A stretch of DNA of 63,538 bases, filler included, from Sphacelaria rigidula (GCA_964200075.2; 3 parts of 3 records of this genome joined end to end with filler, not necessarily neighbours in it); one strand, 5' to 3'. Shown: positions 1 to 12,249, counted from the first letter of the whole stretch. Numbers and translations are program-made. Notes: generated by a model from the sequence alone, not told the origin.

Positions 1-1142
1 TTTCAGGGAGGTCGGGAGGGATGGGGTGGTCCATATGAAAGTCATTTGTCATGAATTCAGGCCAGGGAAAGCACCACTTTTGAGCTGAACCTCTTTTTTG
101 TTCAACCCCATTTTCGAGAATCCACTGTTATCACATGTTAATATGTTCACCATGGATTGCGCGAAAACACCCTACTGTTGTTCAAAGAGAGGCAGGCAAC
201 AGACCGCATCATACCTCAAATCACTTTTTTTTTTTTAATTTTCAATTTTCGATTTTCGATTTTCTCGAAGACTCCTGCACAAGCTATGCCAAAAAATGGC
301 GTCATTCATACGGTGATCATGAGACTTGCCTGTGCCCGGGCTCTTGGGCAAGTGCGGGGCTTCCCGTCTCTCCAGCAAAAGTTCAGCTTAGGTTGGAAAG
401 CATGTGGTCTGCCAAAATACTTGATGACTCAAGGATGAAATGGCGGCTTTCGTAATCACCCCGCACTTCCGCGCTTTTTGTACCGGGCAGCAACTCTTTG
501 GATGTCCTGTGAATCTCCCTTTCCGAGCCAGGCTGTACTACACAGCGTGTTGATGGTTGCTAGGACTACTGTACTGTGCGCTAAGGGAAAAGCTGTGGTT
601 GGCTTCGCGAAGAATCGGTCATGCACGTACCTCTTGCACATGTTGCACTTTTCGACGATGTTGTATGTGCTGTCGTTCAGTACATTTCGTATTATACTTT
701 CGGTTGCAAAGTACTGACTGTTCTGACTGTTCTGCAAAGAGCAATTGGATACGACTATCTTGCCATGCACGTTGCATCTAGTCAACACCTGTTGATGTAC
801 CAGAACGTGAAAAACATGCGTTGTACTCACCCAGGCGCCTGCCTCTCGCGCTTTTCGCAAGCTCGATTCTGCTCCGTCGTCCGCCAACGGTGGCTGCGAC
901 TGCACGCGCTTGGGCTTCAAAACTAATGACAAACTCTCGGGAGTTATAAATGGAAAATAACTCCAAACATTGGATTCAGTTTGAAAATTTAGCGGGAGAA
1001 TCGAATAGCACATCAACCAACACCAGCCGAGACAACCGTGCCTTGCAGTGGACAGCGCCGCCCTCCCATAGATCCTGACTGACGACTTACTGCCCGTTCC
1101 CTGTGAATCTTACACGGTTTTCGATTGATACTGTCACTATAG

Positions 1143-4100
1143 ATGGATAGGCGTGTCCTCCTTCTTGCCGAGCCAGCGCCGATACTTTCGCTGCTACACG
1201 TGACTGCTTCCGCTAGCGCTACTGCTGCACATGAGGGACCAGGCTCCGGTTTGTCTTCGCGATCATATCTGATCGCGAAGGCCGGCAAGGACTTGCAGCA
1301 CCTGAAACAAGTCGTCGATGACTTTTCCGAATTTTGTCGACACCATCACGGCCGCCACCACACCACTATCAGCGACACTGTTCCTGTAGACACACCGTCG
1401 TCCTTGTCTGCTATTTCTTCACCCCCGACTGCTGCCACCGGTACCGGCGCAGGTTCTGCTGCCGAAGAACAACAACAAGTGTACAACACCCATCTTGGCG
1501 GGCATGATATGAGAAGGCGATTATTGCTCTCGGCGGTGTTTCCTTGCCCGGCCGCAGAAAGCGGTGCCGACAACATCAGTGAGGAATCCAGTTTCATTCC
1601 ACTTTTTTTCGGAACAGAATTCCACGCTGGTACTCATGCTTGCAACGTTGCCATGGGTGGCATCGGCGAGGGCAATGGCGCAGAGAACAACGACCAAAAA
1701 ACTGCGGAGAAATTTGTTTTGCGTTTGGCTAGCGCTTTCGCGGACGTCCTCGGCAGTTGTGGCACTTGGCTCTGCCCCGAGGACTTTGAACGCCTTGTGT
1801 TGGCCCCGACGAGAGCGCTAATCGAGATGCAACTCGACATCCTTGTCTCGTCAACCGAAAAACTGTTGCCGGTCGGACGCCAACAGGCTTCAAATGATGA
1901 CGCCAGCACACGTAACGACAATGTACACCAAGGGATGTTTGATATCTTAGAAACAACATCGATAAATACAGCATCGGAGGAAAAACCCCGGAATTTCTGT
2001 GCCACGAAGCTACTATCGCGGGACACCGGTGAAGGGGCCGCCGTCGCCCAAGGTGGAAATGCGCATGTTGCGTCGTCGGCGCGGAAGGCTGCGTCGGAAG
2101 CTTTCGTGCAAGAGGCCGCGGACGAGATAGATTTTCTACTTGAAGACGCTCTGCTTATACGCAACTCTGCCACCGCTGCTGCTGCTAACCTTGCCAGCTG
2201 TCCAGGCGCAAACGGCACCGGAACACAGCAGCCGCTGTCCCGGAGTCCCCCGCCAGCGTCACACTGTGGAAGCAATAGATCATCGTTAACAGAAGCACAA
2301 CCGCCTGGGGATGGCCGCCACGAGCTGCTAGATGTCATCTGGGCGGCATCGTCCGCTCATAACGGTAGTACAGACGAGATAGATTTGACCCCGTTAACGC
2401 TATCTATGTCGGCGAGAGATCGGTGTGCTTTTCCCTTGAGAGAGGCGATTCGAAACGCCTGTGCGAACTTTGCAAATGGCTCACGTGTGACGATTTGGCC
2501 TGCCCGCAGCGGTGCTGGTATCGACAGAGACAGTGGACAAGATTCGATACCGGGAAAGGTTAGCAACAACGAAAACGCTGTTGAAAGAAAAGAGCGGACT
2601 GGGTACGCATCGGCATCAGCGAACGAGGGTTTGCTGTGTACGGATTGGTCGGCATGGGGCCGATCTCTTGGAGCCACTGTTTTTGTAGCCTCCAGGCAGG
2701 CGAGCAACTACAGCACGCACTCATTACGGAGTTGTACTACAGCTGATGAATCTCCCGTCCAACCGGGGCTCCTGTGGCGGGGGTCGATTGTGTCTGCAGT
2801 GACAACGGTTTTACGTTCTGCGGAAGAACCTTCGCGCGCTTCTGGTTCGTCGCCCAATCCCCCTTCTTCTTCACAGCAGCAGCAGGAGGAAGTCAGCGCT
2901 AAAGCCATCCCCACGCTCACTGGGTTTGCTATCCGCATTGCTGCTTCCAATTTCGGCGTTCATACTTGCCATGATGGGGGCAGGCACAGCAGGGACAATG
3001 TGTCAACAGCAAATGCAAGTGGCGGATGCACCGTCGGCGTCACGGGGACAACAGCACCAACATCGCCACCTTTAGCAACAAGGGTGACGGCGATGGCTGA
3101 AAAACTCTTAGCGCGCACATCTGCGTTGAGACTAGCACGTGTGGTGACACCCGCCGCTGTGGCTCGTGTGTGTCATTTACTCGCCGACGGAGCCTTGACG
3201 CCGCCGCTTGAACTGTTCGTGCACGATCCATGCCGGTTCCCAGGTAGCGCGGCGTTTCTCGAGAGCTGCGGTAAGGATGGCAAAGGATTGTTGCTTGTTG
3301 CGGCGCCAGTATCACCAGCTGCGGTGGCGAAAACAACGGGTTGTTTCGATCCCGAAAAAACGGGAAATGATGTAGCCGCCATTGGCGCACATGCGGCGAT
3401 AGCTGAGGAGGGCTTGGCGATGGTGTGTTTTCCTAGCCGGACATATTGCGCTGGTGGCACTGGTAGGGGCGATTATCCGAATGGTGATGATTGTGATGGA
3501 CTTGGTGATGTTTTCCGTGATGGTGCTCGTGGGAGTAGTGAAGAACTTGAGGGTGATGGACGTGAGGGAAGGCGGGCGACCGTGTGGAGCGTGACGCTGT
3601 TTCGTCAGCCGAGCGAATTCTCCGAAGAAGCCGTGAAAGCGCTCGTCGGCGAGGGTCATCGCCCCAGGCCTGAATGGTCGGAACGGATAGAGCAGGCCAC
3701 GACCGTCAAAAATGAAAATTCTGTCAAGCCAGCTTCACGCTTTTCCTCGAGCTCCAAACGACATTTCATGAATGTCCTGGGCGCCATGCCAAGGTACACG
3801 GGTGACTCTTTGCAGCGCGAGGCGGCTACCCTCGTTCGGCAGGTAAATGGCAGAGATCCCGTACCGTCGCCGCCACGACCACTGTCCAAAATTGAACCAT
3901 CTGAGCCTGCCCGAAGATCATGCCGAAAGGCTGCCGCAAAGGCGACAGAGCAGCTTATGTCACATACTGGGCCGGCGTCACCTGTGGATACCCTAGGAAC
4001 AGCGGCGCAACCTCCGGGAAAGCGGCCAAAAAGCGCGTCAGAGGTCGCGATAATAAACAAAAGCGGGGAATTGGCAGAAGGCAACGGCGAGGCGGCGATG

Positions 4101-7100
4101 GAAATAGATGGCGATGAACTGGAATCATCGCCGACCATGGCTAATTTGGCCAACGCCGTGATGGATGCTCGTGCAGTAAGGCTACGAAACCTTTCCGCCG
4201 CACACAAAATCGGCGACGTAGGCCCCCAGCCAAGCTTCGAAGCAGGGTACAACGACGCCGCTGATGCCGCTTTGTATGCCCTGACCCCTGCTGGCGCTGC
4301 TGCTACCGCTCTTGTCCTGTACGATTCTTTCGGGGCTTGGGGACACGACGATCGCCTCTTTTGGGCTGAAGAGACCCTCCTTCCGTCCTCCGGAGACACG
4401 AGCGGTGTCATGGGTCGACCTGGAACTTCAAAGGCAGCGCGTCGTGAGCGTTCTGGAGAAGGTGCGAGGACAAGTAGCTGCAGTGGCGCTGGCGGTGTTG
4501 ACGGCGGTGTGGGTGGTGGGAAACCTGCAGCGGGCGCGGCGGGTGGGGTTGCTTCAAGCTCCCGTTTCGTAGATGCAGAGAAAAAAAATCGGCCGCTGTC
4601 GACCGCCGAAGAAGCGCTTGAAAAGGCTGGCCGGCAGCAGCGAGAGCGCGTCAAGGAGCGCAAGATGGTGGCAAGAGAACAACGCGCGCGCATGAATTGC
4701 CCTCGACCTCGCCCCCGAGTCGGCGGTGGCGTTGATGGTGGTGGTGGTGGTGGTGGTGGCGGCGGTAGCAGCAGCAGCAGCAACGGCGTCGGCTCTCACC
4801 GCGTCGGCAGCGGTAAGGGACGGTTTCGACGCGGGAGCAGCACCACGGCGTCTGTTGCGGGGCCGAAGCTGTCCCGCGGCAGCCGCCTTCTCGGAAAATC
4901 TGTTGAGGTCGGGGCCGCAGTCGCCGCCTCCACCACGCCTGCCAACCCTGACGCGGCTCTTGGCGGGGCGTCTAAGTTTAGCGGCGGTGGCGTCGGAAGA
5001 AGGGAAACCGGTGAGGGAGGGAAACGGCGAAGGGCGGCGGCCGAACAGGAGAGGGCGGGGCGGTCGGTTGTCGGAAGGTTGCCATCGACCACAGATTCAG
5101 CGGTGTCAGGTATGTTGATATCCTCTTGTACTCTCGCGGTGTGTCCGTTCGACGTCCTGGTCCGATACCAGGTATAGTCATCGCGGTGGAGCATCCAGCC
5201 TTGCGTTTTGGTGTCGGCGTTGGAAACATGACGTGAGGCACTTCCTTTATCGCAGTTTCATGATTCGAGGCAGTGCTGAATAGGGGTTTTGAATTAGTGC
5301 CAGCTCGATTTTTGTGCTGCAACTGTTTCCGCATATACTCATTCATTTACAGCGTGGGCCGCATTGCGCGTGGACAAGCTGTCGAGCATTGCAAGGGCAG
5401 GTTGGATGGGGTATGCCTAATATTCGGTATTTTTGACGAGTCACACTCTTAGTACCAAAACAAACGAGTAGAGTATTGAAATCGTACTCAAATCTTCCCA
5501 AACTTTGGGTAGAGTATTTTAGATAATACCCAACACACCCAATTTTTGGGTAGATTATTAAGGATATATACCCTAGTGATGCTCTATACTCAGGTATTGC
5601 TAAAAGTGCATACCCGAAATTTGGGCAGTGTATTTGAGGCCGTACCCAGTCTACCCAAAATTTGGGGAAAGTATTTGAGGCCGCGCTCGATCTACCCAAA
5701 ATCACGGTAGAGTATTGAGGTCATACCTAAGTGACACTCCATAATCCGGTATTGCTGAGGGTACTTACCCAATATTTGGGTAGGGTATTTGAGGTTGTAT
5801 CCAATCTACCCCAAAATCTGGATAGAGTATTTGAGCCCGTACCCAATCTACTCAAGCCCTAGGTAGTAGTGAATACCCGGGTATCTTACCCGAGTATTCC
5901 AAAGTACACATCCTACCCGACCTGCCCTTGGCTTTTTTGATCGAAAACATGCGGAGGAAAGGTACGAATGGGCACTTGACTCCTATCTTGCAGACCACCA
6001 TGCCAGATTCCACCCGTTCACAAAACCATGCACACTCTACACAACTCATTCTCAGCTACCACCGCAACCCTGCAGCATGGAGCACGAGTTGGGCACAGGG
6101 AGAGTTGGGTGTGACGTGTTTATATTTAGTTAGCGAAAACTTGAGCATCTATTTCATGGTAGGGATCAGCGACGGGACTGCGTGGTGCGGTGGATGGCCG
6201 ACTTGCCTGCACTCATGGACAGTGCCGGCAGTACAATGCTGCAAGTTGTTCAAGTCCTTTTCGCATCGCACTGGAAGCAGAGAGTACAGATAGTCCTGCG
6301 CTGTTTGCACTGGACGTTGCCCCCTTCTCTTTCACATCGTACTGTACGAAACACACACACACACACTCTCTCTCTCTCTCACACACACACACAGGCACAC
6401 TGTATGAATACAGCGCAGACAGTACAGTACTGTACTGTAGACAAGCGAACAAGTGCCGCTTCACGAATTTCACTGTCTTTTTTCCATCGATCGATAGCTT
6501 GCAATTCCTTTGGACCCGACTCTCGAGAAATGAACGAACTCGCTCGAATCAATTTCACCGCACTTTTTTTACGATCAAGAAATGATGTGCTAGGACACGG
6601 CCTTTTTCACAAAATTTGGGTATAGTACTGAAATCGTGCTCAATCTACCCAAAGTTTGGATAGAATTTCTGAAGTCGGTCCCAATGTACCCAATTTTTGG
6701 GAAGAGTATTTGAGGTCATATCCAAGTGATACTCTATACCCAGATATTGCTGAGAGTGCTTACCCAATGTGGGTAGAGTATTTGAGGCCGTACCCAATCT
6801 ACCCAGCCTTGGGCAGAGTAAATACCCGGGTATACTACACGAGTATTGAAAGCTACGTACCCTATCCGACCTGCCCTTGGAGCATTGCATGTCGCCGACC
6901 TCTATCGGAACCATTTGCTAAGGCGAAATATTTTTTTTGTCAGCTGTGTTGGGTACTATGTCTGGGTGTCGGCGGGGTGCCGCTTCAAGTTGGCTACAAA
7001 TTTCGCACGTTTTTCAGAGCCAACTAGCATACATACCACTCTTCAACGCCAGGCTTGCTTTCTTCACCGCTGTGGCTTTTCAAGATTTTCTGTTTTCCCC

Positions 7101-8628
7101 ATCTCATATCGCGCTGCATTGGCGATCTCGCCTCTGAACTTTCACGGATTCAAGTTCCCCTCTTCGTCAAAATTCGAATTGTTTCAAACATGCAGCACAT
7201 GGCTAGATCGCTGACTTCGTGTGCCGTAAAACGAACACTCGCGGGTTGATTTTTAATTATGAGAGCTGTCTCAAGTCGAGCACAAACTGACATATGGAAC
7301 CGCTGATGCGGTCAAACCCACCGACAGGTGCAACGTCCAGGGTGACGGGGACGATGCGAAGTGAAGCCATTTCTTCCTCCTTCACCGCCGCCCCCACCCG
7401 CATCCGACGGGCCATCTTCCAGGACGATTCGACGGCGGACCCCGCGAAAGAAGGGAGACACTTTTCCCCGCCCTCGCGACGGGCCATCTTCCAGGACGAT
7501 TCGTTGGTGGACCCCGCAAAAGTAGGCGGACAGTTCTCCCCGCCCTCGCGACGGGCCATCTTCCAGGACGGTTCGACAGCGGACCCCGCGAAAAAAGGCA
7601 GATTGTTCTCCCCGGCGTCGCCCGCTTGTGGGAGCTCAATGACGAAGTCGATCTCCCAGGTTCTTGCTGAAGAGCCCTCCGCTTTTTCTCCGTCACCAGC
7701 TGCTGCTGTCGGCGGGAACAGTTCGTACGGCAGCTCGACACAAGCAGTGACGACGGCAGAGGAGCGGCCCGTGCAACCATCGGCGGTTGGAATGCCGGAG
7801 ACGGGAATGACACCGGCACCCGAGGCGACTAGGGCTGTAGAGGACGCGGCTACTGTGGGCGACGGCATTGGAGTTACGGCCACTTTGCCGGTTGAGGTCA
7901 TGGCGGCTGCGGCGACAGTCGAGGGGCGAGGTTCGACAGAACGAGTGAGCAACGGAGAGGGCCCGAGCGGCGAGGGCGTAGAGGTTGACGGTGGTGCCGC
8001 GGAAGCAGGAGGTGAGATTATTCTTGACTATTTTCGACGATTTCGATTGGATCATTGTCCCCGAAGAAACGGTAACGCCTTGAACGCGAAGGCCGGTGGT
8101 CACAGCTGTGATCGGCAAGGCGTTATTCGGTAATCAAGTAAACAAAAGTCCGCAGTACAGGTCAAAGCACCTTCGACGGGGCAATTCCACCGGTAAGTTA
8201 GTGTTTTCGCTCGTTTGCCCTCGTTCTTCTTCCGATATCTCTCGAGAAGCCGGCATGCACACATATTTTGGGTGCTCTAGGGCTTATAGCTTGCTTCAGG
8301 AAGCAGAGTAGAGGCGACGGAACATAGGTGAGGTGTAGCTAGCCAGCCATAAGCTACACCTCCATGAAAAAACACGCGCAAACAAACACACAAAACCGAT
8401 ACTCCGCTATCATGATTTTTCAGTCTCTTTATACTAGCACATGTTTTGCTTTGGACAGGTGCTGCTAGTGGGGAGTTTTCCATGCGCGTGGTGATGGAAC
8501 GCGCCATGCTTTCGGCGATCGCGTCGCAGATGGGGTTGCCGGCCGACGATTCGCGTGTTCGAGAGGTCTTCCAGAGAGAAAGTCGGCTCATGGGAGGGGG
8601 CGTCGGTGCTACCAATAGTAGCTCATAA
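1143..8628 (+). CDS. MTBP: Spliced gene, ~1606 aa, putative MTBP/Sld7-like replication initiation factor. Exons 1143-5109, 7328-8011, 8459-8628.
   Basis: The 1344-aa ORF has a donor CAG|GTATGT at 5109/5110 (phase 1). Acceptor ACAG|7328 and donor G|GTGAGA 8011/8012 are both phase 1. Acceptor GGACAG|8459 runs to TAA 8628. The 4821-nt total is divisible by 3. The motifs MDRRVLLL, FPC..FFGTEFHAG, PGDGRHELLDVIW, SRVTIW, WSAWGRSLGATVFV, LWRGSI and MPRYTGDSLQRE occur in the order I recall for MTBP. The gene model is better supported than the name. Confidence 0.6.
5392..6879. mobile_element. Non-autonomous hAT-type element (composite) in intron 1 of gene 1
   Basis: Left TIR CAAGGGCAGGTTGG at 5392 and right TIR CCGACCTGCCCTTG ending 6879. 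Perfect 8-bp TSD GAGCATTG at 5384-5391 and 6880-6887. Internal subterminal repeats of the form GGGTAGAGTATTTGAGG..GTACCCAATCTACCC. An extra internal right end finishes at 5930. Confidence 0.85.
6350..6398. repeat. Compound (CA)n(CT)n(CA)n microsatellite
   Basis: Directly visible in the sequence. Confidence 0.9.
7405..7620 (+). repeat. Coding tandem repeat, 3 x 72 bp (24 aa, RRAIFQDxSxxDPAKxGxxFSPxS), in exon 2 of gene 1
   Basis: Units start at 7405, 7477 and 7549 (CGACGGGCCATCTTCCAGGACG). Confidence 0.92.
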
Positions 8629-9569
8629 CTACGAGCTATTTTGCTTTTCACTTGGGCTATACTTCCTGTTCGATCTGCGGGGAGCGGGTCTTCCGGGTCG
8701 AGGTTTTGATACCCAAGTGCACGATAGTTGTACCTGGCCGGTTTGTTGTTATGTTTCACGGCGGTGCAATGCCGTGAAAAGTCGTGCTCCTACCGCTCTT
8801 GTCTGCGTGCGCACCCACTCACGCAGCAGGTGCTGCGGCTTGCTACGGTATATAGTAGAGGAGTGGTGTTGAATGGCATTTTGAACCGACTTGGTGGGAA
8901 GTGGTGTGTGTGTGTTTTTTTTCCTTTTTAATAAATGACTTGGCTGTCTTGAGCATTTTTTTCTTTTCCTTTTTGATCTGGCGAGGTACCTTGTCCGATC
9001 ACTTGTGTTCGCAGTGCCGATTTGGCATAATTTTTCCCGGTGAAATATGGCATCATCGGGTGATGTTTTCGGCGTGTTTTCCCATTCAACATATCGCGCG
9101 TGGGCTGAAGAGTGACGCTGTTACCCAAGTTGCATTCGCGTCCCCGCGTGGCGACTGCTTGCCAGAGATGATGCGATGGTAACAGAACCAGCAAGTCGAT
9201 TTACCGTGCGGAACTCTGTCATGGAATGGGGAGGCATGCCCCCTAACAGATGTTGCGCACGAGCACATACATGACACACACTTTCAAGCAGCTCTACTAC
9301 TTACTCATGGTCTGGCTTCGAGTCCCGCTAAACATTACCGAGATATTGGCTGATGGTCACGAACTGAAGGACTACCACTGCGTAGCGATTGTCGTGGTTT
9401 TGGTGACAGACACAGCCCGCTTGGTGCAAGCAGAGGTTTTAAGAGGTCGCGCGCGGGTTACTCCGCTCGTGGATATTTTCAACGGCGACACGTCTCTTGC
9501 ATGACTAAGATTGGCCAGAGCTACAGTACCTGATTTGTGAACTGCACGTCAGGTTGGAAGAAATAATCC

Positions 9570-11020
9570 CACTGAGCAACCGACCGCTAACCGCGCTCAG
9601 CTGTGAACTGAACTGTCCTCACTTCTTGAGATAGTGCGGTCAGAGAGCCCGAGAGAAGAGGTCATGGTGTGCAACCGCACTGTCTGCAACTGCGTGTGCC
9701 GTATTACCGCTTCGCACTTCATTCCTCCTACTATTGACATTGTTTTCGTGAGATTGAGAGCAGAGGGTACGATTGAGGGTGAAGAACGATCAATCAGGGA
9801 ATGAATCGTTTCAGTTCCGAAATGCTCTCCCACGAGGCCCAATATGCTTTTCTGTAGTAGCTTGCCACCAAGGCCCTTGGTATCCCTCCGTAGGATATCG
9901 ACGTGTAGCCTGTAAGCACACGCCAGTGATGGAGGCAAAGAAAAGCACACACGGAATGAAAAAATAGTCAAGTTAAAGCGAATGGTCAAAGCCACTACTC
10001 TCAGTCAGCGCTCTACTCTCAATATCACGAAAACGTTGTTTATACTGATCTGTACTGCTGTACGACGAGCATGTCGGCCTGGAAAGCGAAACGGTCGAGG
10101 GATGCTCGATGGTGCGGTCGGAAGACACCGGAGGACGAGAGCTCTTTCACGAGTTTTGAGATCGCCACACAAAGCCGTTCGACCCGAGAGAGGAAGAATA
10201 GATACTATTTTCATTTTCGACGGCAGTGGGTCGAGCTGACGGAGATGTCTCAGACATGATGCAGATGATGCCGGTTCAAGCAAAAAATGATGCGTAGTAA
10301 AGACGTGCAAAAGCCGTAACAAACGATGCCGATTCAATTGTGAATGCGAATTGGAAAAAATATGGGAAAATCGATTGCATCAAGCCACCGCTCATCATGA
10401 AAGAATCGCTGCGACAACTGGACAGAAAGGAAGAGGCAGCATGCGTGCGAGATCGGAACACGCTCAAGGTGTTCAAACCGCCCCCCGACAGTAGACTGTG
10501 TTCAGACGAGAGCGATGACACGCTGGTCGCTTCACGCCGTCATCTCGTTCGTTACGATTCTATCTAGTTTCTCAAAATTTTCGAATGGACATGATCAACT
10601 GAAAATTATGCCGATCTCAACTGCAGCCGCGCCACGCCATAATGCCCACCATACAGCTATGGTCGGAGGGTCGGCTGAGATGCGGAACAGCGGAAGCAGG
10701 AAAAGGTGCGTAATGCCATTTTTGATGACAATCGATCCGTATTTGTACAAACATGAGGAGTTCAGCCCGTCGACAGGCGATTTTCTGCCGTGGATTGCTT
10801 TTTCGGACCGCCGTCAACTGAGCAATCTTTTTCTGCTGGCTGTGAGGAAACCCGATAAATTCTCCGATTCTCTGGACGTTGACTTTTGGTTTATCACCCT
10901 CTGCTCAGATGCGGACACTCCCGCATCTCCCCCGATTTGGGGTGGTTTCCTCACAGCTAGCCGAAAAACATATTGCCCAACGGACTGGGAATACGGATTC
11001 GTTGCCATTAAAAATGGTTT
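9570..11020 (-). pseudogene. Decayed tyrosine-recombinase (Crypton/DIRS-type) coding relic
   Basis: Minus strand 9703-9668 reads YGTRSCRQCGCT, similar to the YR box HSxRxGxAT. After a frameshift comes MTSSLGLSDRTISRS..SSVHS. Upstream fragments NLSGFLTASRK and ARLYYASFFA resemble Crypton N-terminal helices. Many stops and frameshifts. Confidence 0.4.
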
Positions 11021-11028
11021 GAGTATCC

Positions 11029-11240
11029 TGTAATGCGTGAGAGGACCGCGTGCTTAGGGGACCGCGGCGTAGTCCAAAACACCCCAGGATCGACATCTTT
11101 TTACACCAATCGGGCCAGTCCCTGCAGGTACCACGCCCCTGACCCTAACCCCAACACTAACCCTAACCCTAACCCCAACCATACGGATATTCAATATTCA
11201 GATGCGGTCCTCTAAGCACGCGGTCCTCTCACGCATTACA
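11029..11240. mobile_element. MITE with TGT...ACA termini, ~37-bp TIRs, 4-bp TSD (Ginger-like), internal CCCTAA repeats
   Basis: TGTAATGCGTGAGAGGACCGCGTGCTTAGGGGACCGC is matched by its reverse complement (1 mismatch) ending 11240. ATCC flanks both sides (11025-11028, 11241-11244). Confidence 0.85.
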
Positions 11241-11289
11241 ATCCGATACACAATCTCACACACTCATGTTGCGCTTATGAGCAATGCTA

Positions 11290-11523
11290 CGGTAGGGGTG
11301 CACTTTTTGCGCGAAATCTTGTCTGGCTCAGGGGCTTCCAAAGATTCTAGATTCACAAGAATATGGGTCAGGCCAACCCAGTTGGCAAATTCATTCGGGA
11401 TGTCCCTAGCACATTGAAATAGTAATCCTGGCGTACTCTCACATATTTCATAATTCGTGTTTTGGAGTAGATAAAGGGCCCCTAACAATTCTAACCTCAT
11501 ACAATATTTCTGCACCCCTACCG
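11290..11523. mobile_element. Tc1/mariner-type MITE (TA TSD)
   Basis: TA|CGGTAGGGGTGCA ... TGCACCCCTACCG|TA. Confidence 0.75.
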
Positions 11524-11547
11524 TAGCATCCCTCTTGTACGGCTATC

Positions 11548-11930
11548 GCCGGTTGCCCCCGTGGCTTAGTTGGTAACCTCGAAACCTTCTGACGGCTGGG
11601 TTGTGGAATCGAATCTCGGTGCAGTCACACACGATCTGGGATTTTTCTCACACAATGCCCAACAGTGGAAAGCGACTATGTCGTGAGTACACAAATTCGA
11701 CATCGCGGTCGACGAGGGAAAGGGAGTTCTGAACCCCTCTCGCGATAAAAATGTATGGTCAGCACCGCAGAAGGACGGTGGAGAACTAAAGCAAATATAA
11801 TATATATAAAACTCCTGTGTGGCCTTCCTCCTGCTGTGTGCGACCCCGGCTGTTGCGCCCACATATACCGCAAGGTGCAGACTGGCGTCCAGAATAGATG
11901 GGGTGACAACACACAGACACACGCACAGAC
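11548..11930 (+). mobile_element. tRNA-derived SINE, family 1, copy A
   Basis: Head with box A TGGCTTAGTTGG and a degenerate box B GAATCGAATCT. ~380-bp body shared with four other copies. CA-rich tail. Confidence 0.8.
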
Positions 11931-12249
11931 ATGGGGCTGAATGTTACCGAATATAAACTAGTGTGAAAACCCGTTATAGCATAGGTTGGTACGAGGAGCA
12001 TCAGTGTAATGGAATGATTTGCTGCTTGAATCGAGACTTCGGAAGGCCTCCTTTGCACCAAACGGGTGCCCCCTTCACCCCCCCAATCTCAAGGTCGCTC
12101 CATACTACATGAAACCGGCACCCAGTCAGCCTGCTGAATCTTAGGGGTGTCCACTTGCCGCGTACCTCTATATGCAAATAAACAAGCACAAACGATTGGC
12201 TTGGTCATAGGTACAAATCCAGTAGTATACAGCAGATCCTCTGTCCTCA

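Noticed and set aside
3656-4783. 375-aa and other long antisense ORFs over genes 1 and 3 (e.g. 1634-2338, 7257-7952, 33892-34593)
   Set aside because: Shadow ORFs of GC-rich coding strands with no independent motifs.
5450-5900. Regularly spaced repeats that look like a CRISPR array
   Set aside because: The units are degenerate, the 'spacers' are similar to each other, the context is a eukaryotic intron, there are no cas genes, and the array is bounded by TIRs and a TSD.
8161-8192. Possible micro-exon (TACAG|...CG|GTAAGT) in gene 1
   Set aside because: At 32 nt it breaks the phase-1/phase-1 frame into the last exon.
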